A DNA stretch of 63,623 nucleotides. It comes from Octopus bimaculoides (Eukaryota). Positions 51,336 through 63,110 of this stretch are shown here, piece by piece. Where the stretch lies: NCBI RefSeq assembly GCF_001194135.2, contig NC_068985.1, positions 125,626,297-125,689,919 of the forward strand, in the 5' to 3' direction. A program made the position numbers and the translations under genes. The number at the start of each line of letters is the position of its first letter. The first letter of the stretch is position 1. The notes beneath the pieces are model-generated. The model was given only the letters and a program-made list of their open reading frames with translations. It made no database searches and had not been told where the DNA came from.

Positions 51336-51439
51336 CTCTAATCGGTCGGTTAACGACATGAAACGAAACAATCACCCTTTGATGTGGCAAAGAACATCGA
51401 CACTGCTCCTTGAGAGGCTCAGCAAGTGAGAGAAAAAAA

Positions 51440-52540
51440 TAAAAAAATTACAACCTCCAAAACTTGAGAACACTGCGGAATATCTGTACGGTTTCCTGTA
51501 GATGCCCTAAGTTCACATTTACTCCTATCTTTTCAGTCCAATTTGTGATCTTGGAACTTATAGTTCCCAAGGCTCGTTCAACATGTACGAAGCTCAGCTT
51601 CTTCAATGATCCAGTATTTCTTATCTCCCACTTCAAATCATCATATCTGACCCGCTTACTTTCCGATATAATTAAACATAATTTTATTTTATCTTTATAT
51701 TCACAACCACTATATCTGGCTTTCAATTTTCAACTTCATGATCACATCGAAGCATTATATCTTACTGTATCTTTACCTTATCAATCTTGATTACTCCTGA
51801 GATTTGTCCATTTCACATCTTTGCTCTATCCACACCCTACTTGCCACACAACACTCAATGAATCGTTCTTGCTACAAAATCGTGTCTCCTTTAGAATTCT
51901 TTTTATTTGTTTTTTTTTGTTTTTTTTTTGCTTTTTTGTTTCAGTTTCTTGCATTCATTCACAATATGCCTTCCAATCTCACCTTTATCACACCAAAACC
52001 TGTTCTTGTTTCTTTCCTCTGTCATGTTCATCCTACATTTCATATAATCTGTCCTGAGTGCGTCTTCTTGCGTAGCACACACAAACGCTTCTGTCTTTAG
52101 TTCCAAGTCCCTCCTCAGGCAGTGCCTCTATCCATCGGTATCTTTATTTATGTTCACCTGTCTTGCAAACTGTCCATAAAATCTTTATACCGTTTCCGTT
52201 TCTCTTTCTTTCTTCTTTTTTATTTTGTACTCTTCTGTCTCCATGCGAGTATCTATCCTGACTATACCAGATATTTTAACCTGAACAAGCAAAGATTTTA
52301 TGGCACTCTTTAAATATTTACTCAAGCTATTTTCTTCTGAGCACATACAACTTTCACTGCTGATTAGCCCTCGCTTACCACAGTGCCACGTTACATACAT
52401 CCTCCTGTCAATATCACTCGTCGAGTGGAATGCCGTGTGCATTGTGAGTAGTTTTCTCAGATTTTGGTAAAGCCCCTTAAACCCCTCTTTCCTCCTTGTG
52501 ATAATATTTGTACCATACCACAATCATGCAACCGCCTATA
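51440..52540 (-). mobile_element. R4/Dong-like LINE relic (post-RT region, CCHC zinc knuckle, RLE)
   Basis: RKLLTMHTAFHSTSDIDR.YV..GKRGLIS.E; LKTEAFVCATQEDAL..HIVNECKKL; LGTISSK. Fragmented by frameshifts. Confidence 0.85.
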
Positions 52541-52878
52541 TATTGATTGATTCATTTGCCTTTGTTGTTGGTGGTGTTTGTTGCTGACCAGGTTCCCGTG
52601 GTTTTATGGGTTTTTTCCACGTGTAACCTTTTCGTTTTCGAAGCGCCTCCCCCTATTGGGAGTTTTATTTGTTATATCTTTCTCCGTTTTCTTCCTCTGT
52701 TTACACGAACGTTTTCTTCTTTTCGGACAAAACCTTTTGTAACCTTCGTCCTGTCTTTGTCCTTACATGTTTTTGATTGATATTAGCCCTTGTGGCCAAT
52801 AAAACAGAATTAGTTATTATTATTATTATCATTGAGTGAGAGAGCAGGGCATGCCATCAAAGTGACACTGGGGTAAAA

Positions 52879-52945
<67 letters not shown>

Positions 52946-52947
<2 letters not shown>

Positions 52948-53140
52948 AGTGGCTAGCTAGAAGAGTCGTTAGCGCATCGGACGAAACGCTTACCGGCATA
53001 TCTTCCGACTGAATTTAAATTCCGCCAATGTCGACTTTGTCATTCATCCTTTCGGAGTCGATAAAATTAGTACCAGTCGAGCACTGGTATCGATTTAATC
53101 ACCTTACACACTTCTCTAAACTTTTCCGTCTTTTGCCAAG
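52946..53140 (+). mobile_element. Family A SINE directly after a long (TTA)n tract (52880-52945)
   Basis: AAAGTGGCTAGCTAGAAGAGTCGTTAGC...CATTCATCCTTTCGGAGTCGATAAAATTAGTACCAG. Confidence 0.8.
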
Positions 53141-53479
53141 TGAATACACTTTTGGACATATCAATCGACACTGACAGCAAGATTAAGGCAAAAAAGATGT
53201 CAAGTATGACCAATGTTTCTAAAAAATATTAGTGGTGAATTTAATTTCATGTAGTAATCGCCTTCTGACGGATGAAAAGGGGTAAAATATAACACGGAAG
53301 AATTTGTAACAATGATAGTGTTTGCAAGTATCCAAGATGATGGGTGTGATGCTTGTAACAGCAAGTGGGGCTCATACGAAAAATAAATAAATAAATAAAA
53401 CTTTATACTTGAGGAAAATGACTCCAGATGATACTCATCTGAAAGGGAAATATAAAGAAAGTTAACCTAAGTGGCTAAG

Positions 53480-53930
53480 TAAAATGTCGATGTAGTTTAT
53501 CGCAGGTGGTTAACATGATCAACATATTGTAGTATTTACGAAAATAATGTTGAAAGATACATAAAGTTTAGTATGTGGGTAGCGAAAAATCAAGCAAATA
53601 AGCATTTTCTTCCGACAACAATTCCAGAAAGTAGAGTAAACATGTGGTAACAAAATGAAAGGCGGCAAAGCAAGCCATCTATTATATATGGATGAGTAGA
53701 AGGTGTTTGCTAGATTAAGCAACCATATGGAATCACTATTCTATGCTGTTCAAATGTTCACAAAGACATAACGGAATTTAGGAGAGAAAAGAAATGTACG
53801 TATATACAAAAAGTCAATAGTAGACAAAAATATCAAAACAACAGAAGAATATATGAAGTATTAAGGACATTTGAAACCCATGGAATATACAAGTACCTGG
53901 GAGTGTGTAGTTAAAGAAAATCCCACATAT
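53480..53930 (+). mobile_element. R4/Dong-like RT catalytic-region relic
   Basis: HLLYMDE*KVFAR...MESL..AVQMFTKDI..EF..EK.C and YKYLGV match HLL(F/Y)MDDLK..A..V..FS.DI.MEFG..KC..YKYLG. Confidence 0.7.
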
Positions 53931-55506
53931 ACAAGAGTGTATGTACATCTAGAATTTAACAGCTGGATATTTTCATGGAGGGATATCATTATATATATTC
54001 ACTGAGGAATTCTGAGACGCTACGAAGTGGATACAATAGAAAAATGATGTAACTTAAAAAAAGAGAAAACTTAACAGAGGAAGTTACATAAAACAATGGG
54101 AACTTATATATATGGTACTATAAGACAGTGTTTCTCATAACTTGGAAATTCTGATTACTCAAAAGAGGCGAACGAGTTGTCACGCATTTTAATCGAAATC
54201 ATTCTAGTCATGACCATTCGGTTTTGTTTTTTAAATGTGAGATACTACATTATCCAGCGTAACATTTATTTAAAAGTAGTAGGTTAGGATTTGAGGAAGA
54301 TATAATAGCTATTTCTAGCAGGACCGTAGGTGGAGCAATCACTTAAAGGCTCTCTCGTTGCTGGAGGAAGTATCAAGCATATGGTGTAATTCTTTAAGCG
54401 TTAATCACGGAATAAAAGTATATTCAATGATCTTTGTGGGCTTTCTAAAATGTCTGAAAGGAGTTATGCGAGCGAAGATAGCACCGGATACCGGGCCCTA
54501 GTGTTTAAAACAAATTGACACACGAAACTTTATGTATCTTTCAACATCATTTTCGTATGCACTACAATTTGTTGATCATGCGATAAACTACTCCGACATT
54601 TTACTTTGCTACTTAGGTTAACTTTCTTCACATTTCCCTTTGAGATGAATATTATCTGGAGTAATTTTCCTCAAAATGACGGCACTCAAGGGTCAGGTGG
54701 TGGGACTAAACGGAGTGGAATGTTAAGCCAACCACACATAAGTACAACGTAAGCACCCATGATAGCAAGTGAGAGACTCACTAAAAACGCAGCAAATAAC
54801 TCTCCCTTACCTCACACCCTCCTCTTTTAAAAAAGATCCGTTGGATAATGTGATTCTATGCGCTCTTCATATAGAGTAAAGGGCAAATGATTGCAGCTGC
54901 AATGACCTTGATAATAAGTTCGAATGATCAGGGGTTACTTAGGGCCGAACAAATGTAGAAACAACAGTACTGAGCGCACGATTCGACTAGAAATAACAAT
55001 CACATCTCTCTCAATTATCAACAACTTTTTTTGTATTTTAAAAGAATGTTTTAGATAATGTGGACCTTGGCAGATTGAGTGAAAAGAAATGTGGAATGGT
55101 CACGAATGAAAGGTCTTTAAACATACATTTACTTGACCAGAAGTGACTGCTACCTAATTAAGACCAACACTAATTAGTATCCAAGAATCTATTGTAATAA
55201 TTGTTTAAGATTTAAGCATAAAGGAAACAATTTTGAGGTTATCGGGTTAGATGTGATATCAAACCCAGTAGTTACTGATACTTTTCTTTTATTGCTCTTC
55301 CGAAAGGATAAAAAACAAAATTGACCTCGAAGGGATTTCAAATATCGAAAGTAAAGCAACGCTTTTGCCAGCTCACCGACTCAAGACCTATTATAATAGT
55401 AATACTAATAGTAATAAAACAGATAAACAACATTGACAAAAATAACTATGACAAAAGTTAACGGGTGTGCCTTCGAAACCAAGAACTACATAAAATAAAT
55501 ATCCTA

Positions 55507-55582
<76 letters not shown>

Positions 55583-56165
55583 CTCGGAAAGATCCTTCTA
55601 CAAGAGGCAAAAATAACTTTTTAAGGAAACCCGCACATAAAATAGAATAAACGATAGGCTTTCACAATTTAACCTAACTACCTTTATTTCAATGCAATGA
55701 AATTACACATACTCAGAGGTTCATATGCACATACACATGAATACATGTACAAATAAATGAATACGTTCGTAAACATACGCACAGGGACATGAATACAAGC
55801 GCATATATGTGGGAATAATTGATGGAAATGCTCTTTTTAGTGCATATGTCAATATATCTAGTAACAAGTTAGTTTTCAGCGAGAGTACCAAATATGAAAT
55901 TGAAAAATACAAAAATAATTTAGAACTCTGAAAATTACGTTCAGATGAAAAAGAAAATTGATGAAATGGAAAAATTTCAACCAAATTATGCAAATTGGAT
56001 ATGTTTATATTACCTTTAGTCCGGGTCAAAGTATTGATTCAAATCGTAGGCAGACAACTCGTTCTTTGAAAAAAGAATAAGACTGAATCTTAGAGTTACG
56101 TTTATCTATACATACAATAATACATCGGGTCTCCCTCTCTCTCTCTCTCACACACACACGCACGC

Positions 56166-56231
<66 letters not shown>

Positions 56232-56430
56232 NNNNNNNNNNNNNNNNNNNNNNNNNNNNNNNNNNNNNNNNNNNNNNNNNNNNNNNNNNNNNNNNNNNNN
56301 NNNNNNNNNNNNNNNNNNNNNNNNNNNNNNNNNNNNNNNNNNNNNNNNNNNNNNNNNNNNNNNNNNNNNNNNNNNNNNNNNNNNNNNNNNNNNNNNNNNN
56401 NNNNNNNNNNNNNNNNNNNNNNNNNNNNNN

Positions 56431-56495
<65 letters not shown>

Positions 56496-56950
56496 ACATG
56501 CAGCGGGGGCTCTGAATATATTTTGGGTAATAACGGTTTTGATCAAAAACGTTTTCCGATATTCTTCAAGTAACCTAAGATCTGCAGAAATGGCTACACT
56601 ATGCTTCGCTGAAGAACCCTAAGAAAACCGGAACATGCAGAGAACATGTAGGGAATTCTCATCGGAGTGCATGCAATCAGACTCACTTTCCTTTGCATTT
56701 CACATTTAATTAATTTTTTGACCAGAATTATCCAGTAGGTTAAAACAATTTTTTCTAACATTCAAATGAAATGTAACTTAATATTTTTCACGTCTTTTTA
56801 GCTTACATCAAATATGTTAACATCAATTTTTCTATTACTTTTTTCACATTAATCAATTAATTCCGCCTTTCTGTTGATGCTTTATTTGTTTTTTTCGTCC
56901 CGTTCATAATTTCCTTGGTTTTTATTTATTAATATTTGTTATCGTCGTGA

Positions 56951-57560
56951 AAGACGGTGAGATGGCAGAATTGTTAGCACGCCGAGTAAAATGTTTCGCG
57001 ATATTTCGTCCGTTTTTACATTTTGAGTTCAAATTTCGCCGCTGTCCACTTTTCGGCCATTCGGAGTTGGTAAAATAAGTACTAGTTGAATGCTTGGGTC
57101 GGTGTCATCGGCTTAGCCGTTCCCCCAAAATTTCTGGCATTGTACCGAGAGTAGAATGGATAATAATAATTATTATTATTTAATTCTTTATTGGCCACAA
57201 GGGGAGCTAAACACAGAGGAGACAAACAAGGATAGTCAAAGGGACCCAGTGCGTAACTGGTACTTATTTAATCGACCCCGAAAGGATGAAAGGCAAAGTC
57301 GACCTCGGCGGAATTTGAACTCAGAACGTAGCAGTAGACGAAATACCGCTAAGCATTTCGCCCGGCGTGCTAACGATTCTTTATTATCATTATTATTAAG
57401 GCGGTGAGCTGGCAGAATCGTTAGCGCGTCGGGCAACATGCTTAACGACGTTTCGACCGTCTTTACATTCTGAGTTCAAATTCCACCGCGGTCCACTTTA
57501 CTTTTCATCCTTTCAGGGGTCTGTAAAATAACTACCAGTTGAATTCTGAGGTCGATGTCA
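56951..57560. mobile_element. Three family A SINEs in +/-/+ orientation (56951-57156 +, 57185-57380 -, 57398-57560 +)
   Basis: Read directly. The minus copy carries an alternative 3' tail (CCCTTGTGGCCAATAAA), also seen at about 52785-52805. Confidence 0.9.
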
Positions 57561-57915
57561 CTCACCCAAAACTGCTTCACTCACCCAAAACCATTATTTC
57601 TTATCGTTTTTAAATTTTACTCAGCTTTTGCTTTACATACGCAGCTGTGACTATTTGACATAAAACGCATTTGTCTGATTGTACCATTTCTAAAAGAGAG
57701 TGTACATATTTATAGATATATAAATCAAACGAAGGAATGCCCCCCTCTTGCTACTTCATCTCCAAAAGTCAAAGATAAAGAAAAGAGAAAGCTAGGAAAT
57801 GCAGAGAAGAAATATGAAAATAACTACATCGTTCCAACCCGATTCTTATTACATCAAGCTGTTTCTTTGGCCGGAACGAGTACAGACTCTTTTCGAAAGT
57901 ATACACATCGCACAT

Positions 57916-57950
<35 letters not shown>

Positions 57951-57981
57951 TTCATATACATATACGTATGTGTGTGTATAT

Positions 57982-58073
<92 letters not shown>

Positions 58074-58697
58074 CCACACATGTATGTATATATGCACGCA
58101 CACATATATATACATGCACACATGTATGTATGTATGTATGTATGTACCTACGTATATCTGTATGTATGGATACAAACATACAAACTCACGTACACACATA
58201 TTGTATTAGTTTCTCTCAATTTCCTTAATGCTTTCTACATATAAGAGGTCACATGGTTACATGTTCCATCCGATAAAAATAACAGTCGGCACCCTAGAAG
58301 CCACACCAATTCAACTTCCTCGTTTCTAACAGGTTACTGTTTTTTGTAGATGGCCCGATGGACCCCTACAAACTCTTTTGATCGTTTCTACTCCTTGCTT
58401 TTTAACTAAAGTTTCCGCACATTTACTTACGACTTATGATATATGTATGTATGCGTGGACTCATGTGTATTCGAGAGTGCGTTTGTAAGGGAAGAAGTAA
58501 TTAGAGAGAGAAAGAAATAAAGATACAATTTTGTTCTAAATTTAGAATAAGTACATTTTCTATGACCGGATATCTACATTTTCCATATCTGCTGACTGTT
58601 TTCGAAATGCTGTATATTTTTTAACCATACAAACACAAAAAAAAAAAATTAATTCGGAAACGAATTGAATTTTTATGCGAGAAAATATTGCGACAAC

Positions 58698-59755
58698 TCG
58701 TTAGAACATATGACAAAATATTTTTTGGTATTTCTTCTGGATCTTTAAGTTCTGAGTTCAAATTCCATCAAATCAACTTTGCTTTTCAATATTTCGTGGT
58801 CGTTAAAAAATTGTATCAGTCAAGTACTAGGCCAATGGTATCAACTGGCCCCTCTCTTTAAATTGCTAGCCTTGTGCCATCATTTGAGACAGTTATTATT
58901 GTTGTTAAGACGATAGCACGCCGGACAAAATGGTTAGTGGCGTTGCACCTGTCTTTACGTTCTGAGTTCTAATTCCGTCGAGGCAGATTTTGCCTTCCAT
59001 CCTTTCGAGGTCGATAAAATAAGAACTAGGGTCGATGTAATCGACTACTCCCTCCTCCAAAATTTCAAACCTTGTGCCTATAGTAGAACGGGATTATTGG
59101 CGAGCTGGCAGAAACATTAGCACACCGGGTAAAATGTTTAGCGGTATTTCGTCTGTCTTTACGTTCTGAGTTCAAATTCCGCCGAGGTCGACTTTGCCTT
59201 TCATCCTTTCGGGATCGATAAATTAAATACCAGTTTGGTACTGGGGTCGATCTAATCGACTGGCCCCCATTCCCCCAAATTTTCGGGCCTTGTGCCTAGA
59301 GTAATAAAGAAAAGATTATTATTGTTGTTAAAGCGGCGAGTTGACATACTCCCGGAACAAAAAACTTACTGACATTTCGTCTCTCTCTTTGTGTTCTGAG
59401 CTCACATTCCACCGAGGTCGACTTTGCCGTTCGTCCTTTCAAGGTTGATGAAATAAGTAGCCGTCAAGTACTAAGGCCGATGTAATATGCTAACCCCTCC
59501 GCCTCAAAATTATTGGCCCTGTGCCAAAATTGGAAGCCATATTATTGTTGTTAAGGTGGCGAGCTGACAGAATCGTTAGCGCGTCAAATAAAATGCTTCG
59601 CAGTCTTTCTTCCAACTCTTTCGGGTCTGAGTTCAAATTTTGTAGAGGTCGACTTCGCTTTCATCGTTTCATGATTGATAAGGTAAGTACCAGTTTAGCA
59701 GTGGGCTCTTCATCCTCTCAAACTTGCTCGCCTTGTGTCAAATTAGAAATGTTTT
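58698..59755 (+). mobile_element. Head-to-tail array of five family A SINEs
   Basis: Copies start at about 58698, 58907, 59099, 59331 and 59553. Each has GAGTTC(A)AATT and the CTTTC(A)TCCTTTC core; spacers are ATT/GTT-rich. Confidence 0.9.
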
Positions 59756-59812
59756 GATTGTTGTTGCTATTGTTGATACTGCTACAGCTGTCCATGATGA
59801 ACGAACTTCTTT

Positions 59813-60133
59813 AAGAAGCGTAGCTTAGTGGTTAAGATATTCGGCCCTCAGTCGTAAGATCGTGAGTTCGATTCCAAGCGGCACGTTATATCCTTGAGCA
59901 AGGCACTTTATTTAACGTTTCACAGGTCCACTCATTTGGTAAAAAGTAGTTGTATCTGTAATTCAAAAAGCCACCTTTGCCACGGTTCTGTGTCACGCCG
60001 AATCTCCCCGAGAACTACATTAAGGGTACGCGTGTCAATGGACTACTCAGCCACTTGCATGTTAATTTCACGAGCAGGCTGTTCCGTTGATTGGATCACC
60101 TGGAACCCTCGTCGTCGTAGCCGACGGAGTGCC
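59813..60133 (+). mobile_element. Full-length family C SINE
   Basis: GCGTAGCTTAGTGGTTAAGATATTCGGC..GTGAGTTCGATTCC..CCTTGAGCAAGGCAC..GACGGAGTGCC. Confidence 0.9.
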
Positions 60134-60254
60134 AGTTCGACAGCGCTCCGAAGTAGAACTGAATTTACCGCTCTTTATGTGATGTAAAAAATAGTGTTTT
60201 TAAGAAATTAACCTGCCAATAGATGTGTTTGTAACAGCTGAGCGTTACTCTATT

Positions 60255-60365
60255 ACTGCGGTACCCGAGGCTATAGTAGAAGACACTTGACCAAAGTGCC
60301 TCGCAGTAGGACTGAACACGAAACCATGTGATTGGGAAACAAGCTCCTTACCACATAAACACACC
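60255..60365 (-). mobile_element. Family B SINE 5' half (other copies at 62465-62625 + and 63290-63385 -)
   Basis: CCCGAGGCTATAGTAGAAGACACTTGACCAAAGTGCC..GGACTGAAC..AACCATGTG.TTGGGAA. Confidence 0.8.
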
Positions 60366-60719
60366 TGGTATCTATACTACAATGGAAAAAGCTGCTTATT
60401 AATTAGGTATGTAACAATTACTAAAAGTACTAAAAGAAAGCAATGTATAAAGCTTGACCGTCTGGAAATTTCCTATAATTTCGATTTCTGGATTTCATTG
60501 AATTTTTTAAAATCAAAATTCTCGTAGATTTAAATTTTCATTGCATTCATTGCGTCCAATTCTTCATAAATTTAAATATTCATTGCATTCACTGCGGAGT
60601 AGATTTTAATGTTTAATAATAAACACTATTATTTCGTTGCAAGCAACATTTTACGTTTTTATTTGCAACAGTCTCTCATTCTCGCTCGCCTCTATTTTTA
60701 TTAATGATAATTTGATAAT

Positions 60720-61524
60720 AGCAATATAACTTTGATACGAGACACAATTCCAAGAATATTATCAGTTTCCTTCTTGATGTAGGAAATAGTAACATTTCTG
60801 TTGAACAAAACCTAGGTGAATTCAAGATCAAACTATCCAATGACCTTTACCTTGAAAGTGGTACTCTTTCAGATCTATGTGATTTTGTATATGCTGACTT
60901 CAAAAATAACTTCACAAACCCTGTGTGGTTTGCAAGTAGAACCATTGTTACTCCAACAAATGAAGCAGCACAATTTGTGAATGATTCTCTGNNNNNNNNN
61001 NNNNNNNNNNNNNNNNNNNNNNNNNNNNNNNNNNNNNNNNNNNNNNNNNNNNTCCAATGACCTTTACCTTGAAAGTGGTACTCTTTCAGATCTATGTGAT
61101 TTTGTATATGCTGACTTCAAAAATAACTTCACAAACCCTGTGTGGTTTGCAAGTAGAACCATTGTTACTCCAACAAATGAAGCAGCACAATTTGTGAATG
61201 ATTCTCTGTTGACCAGGATCCCCAATGAGCTAAAAATATACAGAAGCTCAGATACAGTTGATAGTGAAACTCTGTATCCAATCGAGTTCGTCAACAAACT
61301 TATACCATCAGGATTTCCACCACATATTCTCAAACTAGAGAAAAAATGATGCACAATGCTTCTGAGAAATTTAGATGCTTCCAATGGACATTGTAACGAC
61401 ACACACTACATCATTGTCAGTTTACATGATCATATTATTGAGGCTGAGGTTGCTTCTTGTGCATCAAATGTGGCAATATTATGGAGTGGCTAGCAGAAAA
61501 CCGCCCGGAGGGCGGTCTGTCTAC
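60720..61524 (+). mobile_element. Helitron deletion derivative: PIF1-like helicase fragment plus candidate 3' hairpin terminus
   Basis: RTIVTPTNEAAQFVNDSLLTRIP...YRSSDTV..YPIEFVNKLIPSGFPPHILKL..*..MLLRNLDASNGHCN..IIEAEVA matches the Helitron PIF1 pattern (TPTN; YP.EFLN.L.PSG.PPH.L.LK; MLLRNLD..G.CNG). ACCGCCC-GGA-GGGCGGT hairpin then CTAC at 61500-61524. Confidence 0.85.
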
Positions 61525-61676
61525 GGGTGTGTACGTATGTATGTATGTATGTATACGTAAGTAACTGAAAACACAAAAGACTAGAAACGCATTCGCATAT
61601 ACAGCGTGCGCGTATATACTTTCTCATATAGCTCCTCCCTTCTCCTCTCACACACACATACACACACACATACACA

Positions 61677-61753
<77 letters not shown>

Positions 61754-62626
61754 TGTCTCTCTCTCTCATACTATTTCTAAAGCACAGACGTTGGTATAGT
61801 GATAACTCATTACATTTCAGTATACATAAAAATAGTAAAACAAATCACTGGCTTCCACACTTAAAAATCACCCTCACCTCTGCTCTCAGAACACTACGCA
61901 TATGCACACACATGTACACACACATTAAAATACCAACATGCAAACATACAGTAACTGACACGAAAATTATTCCCTATTGCATGTGTACGATAAACAAGAT
62001 AATCCGTACACTACACGTATATGCACGACTAAAGGCGCACATAATGATATACGTATACATATACACGTTTATAGAGACACAGGCATATAGTTAAAATCAG
62101 TACAGGCATGCGCACAAATAACAATGCGTACATTTGAATGTCTGTCTACACTGGTTTTTCACGGGGAAATGCCATTGTTCGTCTAACATATTCCTAGACA
62201 TGTTGTGTTGATGGAAACAATAACTTTGCAACGTCATATCATGCCTGTTTGTAATATTTCCCATAAACTGGGCAATGAATGAAGAATGATTAGATAAACA
62301 ATGAAACGGTGACAGACAAGCAGATAGACAGAGTGACAGAGTGACACGGAGGAATGGAAGAAGAGAGGATGAAGACTAGTGATAATTAAATCAATACTAA
62401 TTGCAGTACCTGGCCTTGTCTGCGTTTCTCTTTTTTTTCTGACGTAAAGGTCGGACCTAATGTTCAGACGTGGCTGTGTGGTAAGAAGCTTCCTTCTCAA
62501 CCACATGGCTCCGGGTTCGGACCTACTTCGTGGCACCTTGGGCAATAATATCTTTTATAATAACCTCCGGCCGACCAAAGCCTTGTGAATGGATTTGGTA
62601 GGCGGAAACTGAAAAAGCCCCGTTGT

Positions 62627-62669
<43 letters not shown>

Positions 62670-62672
<3 letters not shown>

Positions 62673-63110
62673 GTTAGGATTAGGGTTAGGGTTTTCATCC
62701 GCCCATTTTTCAACGCGGCGTTGGGCTCAATTCAGACGGCTATGTGACGCTGCTGGAGACTGGTCAAGCCCTAGCTGGAGTCGGCTGCTACTGCAAGGCC
62801 ATATGTGTGGCACCAAGATTCGAGTCTTTGCCATATCTCCGGAAAGAGTCAGAAGTGGTTGTCAGAAAATTTCTACGACTTCACCAGCTTCAAATTCTGA
62901 CCTTCACATTTCCACGATTGTTATCCTATGGATTGCTGTGTGGGGTACGCGGCTGCAAAAACAATCGCTCAGCTTGCAACTCTAAAGCGGGGCTTATGGC
63001 CAAGATCAATAATTGCTCGCAGATCTTCCCAAACACACAATCAGCAATGCATACAACAGGTTCTGGTGCTATGCTGAGGTTGTAGTGGTAGTTGAGGGCG
63101 GCTAGATTGA
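62670..63110 (-). mobile_element. Possible RTE LINE 3' end with a short (CCCTAA)-like tail
   Basis: Minus-strand GACTCCAGCTAGGGCTTGACCAGTCTCCAGCAGCGT resembles the RTE terminal SRIGL.SH.R.C. It is followed by GGGCGGATGAAA and CCCTAACCCTAATCCTAACCC. Confidence 0.35.

Noticed and set aside
58698-59755. CRISPR-like repeat-spacer array
   Set aside because: Units are about 200-bp SINEs in a eukaryotic context, with no constant short repeat, unique spacers or cas genes.
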